DNA of 64,000 nucleotides from an uncultured Eubacteriales bacterium (GTDB lineage Bacteria; Bacillota; Clostridia; Christensenellales; CAG-138): positions 2,723 through 66,722 of the forward strand of contig CADACQ010000013.1 in the NCBI GenBank assembly GCA_902786465.1, in the 5' to 3' direction. Of this stretch, positions 61,001 through 64,000 are shown one piece after another. The position numbers and the translations under genes were made by a program. Within the stretch, counting starts at the first letter, position 1, and each line of letters begins with the position of its first letter. The notes under the pieces were generated by a model. The model was not told where the DNA came from and did no database searches. It was given only the letters and a program-made list of their open reading frames with translations.

Positions 61001-63722
61001 TATAAACATCGACGGTACGGAACTGCGCAACGGCGACGATATTGCCATTGACGACTGTAGCGGCAGTGACGTCTGCACCGGTCTCCTGATCAACCCACTT
61101 CTCGAAGATCTTGCCTTCGATGAAGGGATCCTGCGGCATGGTGCCGATGGGGTCGCCTTCGGTGCGGAAGTACTGCGACAGGGTCTCGATGACTGTTACG
61201 CCATCGTCGTCCAGAATGACGAAGCGGACGTAGAACTCGTCCCTAAACTCCGCGATGATCTCCATATCGGAGGTAACCGGGGTGCCTGCGCTGATCGGTT
61301 GATCGTTGTATAACCAACGCACAAATTCCTTGCCTTCGACTACGGGCTCCGCGGGAAGGACAAGTTCATCGTTCTTATTATACTTCTCGGTCTTGTAGCT
61401 GTTGCCTTCCACCTTGAAGACAACGGTGAAGACGTTCTGGTCATACGCGGGCCAAACGTTCGTGTCGGCGCTCACCGCCACCTGATTGGTGAAATCACCG
61501 CCGGAGTATACCCACTTGCCCAGGCTGCCGCTCTGGGCGGGGACTGCCGGCATGTCGTTCACGCAGTAGTTGGAGTCCGCGGTGACCGTCCTGGTAGCAA
61601 TGGGTTCGCCAGTGCAGGTTTCGTCCGCATAGAAGGTCACCGTATAGGTGATCTTGTCATAATCAGGACCGATGGTCAGATCGTCATTGACCGGGATGGT
61701 GGTGGTAGTGATCCTCTCGCTGGCTGTCCACGTTTGCTGGCCTTCGCCAGTGACCGTGCCATAGGCCCAGTACGCGGTGTACCCGTCGCGGGGGATCAGA
61801 TCGGTGGAAGGCAGGGTGATCTCCGTGCCGTCATCGACCGTCCTGGTCTCCAGCAGGTTAGCGTCTCTGTCGTAGAATTTGACCGTCCAGACCTTGACGT
61901 AGGACGCGGTGACGGTCATGTCGCCGGTGGGAACGGTGTCGGCGTCGACCGCTTCATTATTGGAAACCCACTTGTCGAAGCGATAGCCTTCCTTTGCGGG
62001 CGCAGCGGGGAACTCGCCGATGGCGGAACCCTTGGCGACAGAGCGGGTCTCCAGGGTTTCGTCGTCAGCAACGAAGGTGACCGTCCAGGATTCGTTATGC
62101 GCGGCATACAGGACGCCGTAATACCAATCATCGCCGCCCTGGCCATCGGGGCGGAAGTAGATCGTGTAGCTTCCGGCATCGTTTATCGTCAGGTTGGAGC
62201 CTTCACCGGGATACCAGACGTCGTTCGAGCCTTTTACCTTGAGCTGTGTGTTCGCCGGAAGACTCACCGTGATCATATACTCGGTGTCTACGTTAGCGCT
62301 GAGCTTATAATCACCGCTGATCGTCCAATTGTTCATGGTGCCAACCAGATAGTAACTAACGGCCGGCGCCTTAATGGGCCCGCCCATACCAGGCTTGACG
62401 CCATTAAGCTCGGAATCGGTCTCACCGTTGTCCATCGCCTCGCCGGGTTCGGCAGGGTCGACAGGCTCTACGGATTCAGCGGGCTCAGGGAAGGAAAGCG
62501 TCAGCGTGCCTTCCACGCCCTCGTCAGTGGTGAAGGTGATGACGACGGTATCGAAACGGACACCTGCCTGGGGCCGGAGCACGAACTCGCCGGGATCACT
62601 CGCCTCGACGATGACCAGGTCGGGCAGGTCCACGGACATCCGGGCTACGCCGCTGGTCTCATAACCGGCATCGCGAAGGAAGCCGGCCAAACGGATATAG
62701 TCTGCTTCCGACGTGAACGTATAAGACAAGGTTATGGGCTCCGCCGGTGTTTCAGGATCGGCATCCTCTTCGGTCTGCTCGGCAGCGGAAACCAGAACCA
62801 GGGCTACACCAATCGTGCCTTCAGCATTTACTGAAAGGTTGACCTGGCTTCCCTGGGACAAGTCGACCTTGATGGGAGCGTCGGAGAGACTGTTGTCAAC
62901 CAGAGAATAGAACACCAAGGACTCCCCTTCGCTAAGCGCGGGAAGCGTACGAAGAACGACTGAGAGAGTGATCTCAGTGTGGTTATCGAGTCCGTTGACG
63001 GCCACGGTTTCCAGGACGGTGAGGCTACCGGCATTGACTGCGCCGATTGCCGATATGGAGGGAACATCATGAGTGTCATTGTACGTCCCACTGGCGACGG
63101 CACTGAGATAGGCGCCGGTGTACTCCTGGCTGAAAGCAGCTTCGTGCTTGCCCAGCTCGGATTCCTCCTCGTCTTCCTCATCAGTATGCTCGCTGTCCTC
63201 GGCGCCCATGGTGGCTTCCTCACCATCTTCCGCGCCTTCGGTCTGCTCCGCGCCATCGATGTTCTCGGAGTCCTCGGCGCCCTCGGTGGCTTCCTCGCCA
63301 TCTTCCACGCCTTCGGTCTGCTCCGCGCCCTCAGTGGTCTCGGAGTCCTCAGCGCCGTCGGTGGCTTCAGCAGACACCTCATCGGGACCGGGTACGCGAA
63401 TCACCACCGTGGCGGGTTCGGCCACAGCATCAGATTCGGCAGACGCGTCCGGAACAGCGTCGGATTCGGCAGACGCGTCCGGAACAGCGTCGGATTCGCC
63501 ATATGCGTCCGGATCAGCGTCGGATACGGCAGACGCGTTCGGATCAGCGTCGGATACTTCCTCCGCATTGTCCGTAGCAGCGGGCTGTACCACTTGCTGT
63601 GTCGTTTCTTCCACACCATCGGTCTCCGTTCTGGTCTCGGTGCCATCGTCTGCGAACGCAGAGACAGGGCACAGCGAAATTACCATCAGGATGCTCAGCA
63701 GCAGGGAAATCGCTCTTCTCAT
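55003..63722 (-). CDS. Giant repetitive surface protein (~2896 aa if the 29-bp duplication is removed); frameshifted in this sequence into 56442-63722 and 55003-56427
   Basis: Signal peptide, acidic repeats, a carbohydrate-binding-like module, Listeria-Bacteroides (InlB-B) repeats (P.RDGYTFAGWY...TTLYAKW), MucBP-like, MBG-like (LTITADSTSKPYDGT) and DUF11/DUF7507-like (VTYTVVVTNSGNV) repeats; 8720-29=8691 nt, an exact multiple of 3. Confidence 0.85.
56417..56474. repeat. Perfect 29-bp tandem duplication causing the frameshift
   Basis: CTCACCGTCACGTTGCCGCTGTTCGTTAC x2. Confidence 0.92.
63190..63557 (-). repeat. Acidic intragenic tandem repeats (30-bp unit at 63424-63557; ~66-bp unit at ~63190-63365)
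   Basis: SDA(D/V)P(D/N)ASA(E/V) about 4.5 times, and GAEDSE...GAEQTEG.EDGEEAT about 2.5 times. Confidence 0.8.
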
Positions 63723-64000
63723 TTTTTTTACCTCTTTCCAGTAAGTCAAACTGTCAGAATCAAAAGTTTCGTTGTTCGATCACGTAGTTATGTCAGTTCG
63801 GGCGTAATCTTTGTCTTTATCTTTCTTGTCATGCTGAAAGAACTACTTTTGTAGATCAATCAAGGCGCTTTATAGTTCATCTCTATGGCCATCCTCGCCC
63901 GTTTCTACAGTTATTCGCACATATGTGCATAATATATCACTATATTGATACTTATGCAGTATACGCCATTTAGGCTAGTTTAGTCAATAGTTATTTTTTT

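Overview
High-GC (about 60% by eye) Clostridia-type chromosomal segment from a probable spore former (spoIIID with a SigE-type promoter). It is mostly housekeeping: three tRNA-Ser genes, RNase P RNA, rodA/ftsW, mnmA-trmK-nif3-Zn ribbon, glyQS, recD2-comF, murI, cysS, gap, fba, nrdD with tandem NrdR boxes, ecfA-ecfA'-ecfT-truA-tadA, a BMP-type nucleoside ABC transporter and glgP. Accessory parts are an ECF sigma/anti-sigma-like pair, a membrane-anchored cohesin-like protein, an AT-rich orphan putative endonuclease behind tRNA-Ser(CGA), three tandem CQPTP lipoprotein paralogs, and a lower-GC block. That block holds a ~2900-aa repetitive surface protein (split by a perfect 29-bp duplication) and an orphan family-5 solute-binding protein. 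Two signals stand out. (1) A ~100-bp structured element with compensatory base changes follows the terminator of both tRNA-Ser loci, and its ends track the T-arm of the neighbouring tRNA. (2) The giant surface protein has no recognisable anchor, ends in GECFE, and is closely followed by the peptide-binding-fold protein, which suggests an unrecognised anchoring or sorting system. Several perfect short duplications and in-frame deletions may be real or may be assembly artefacts. All calls are by eye; no searches were run.
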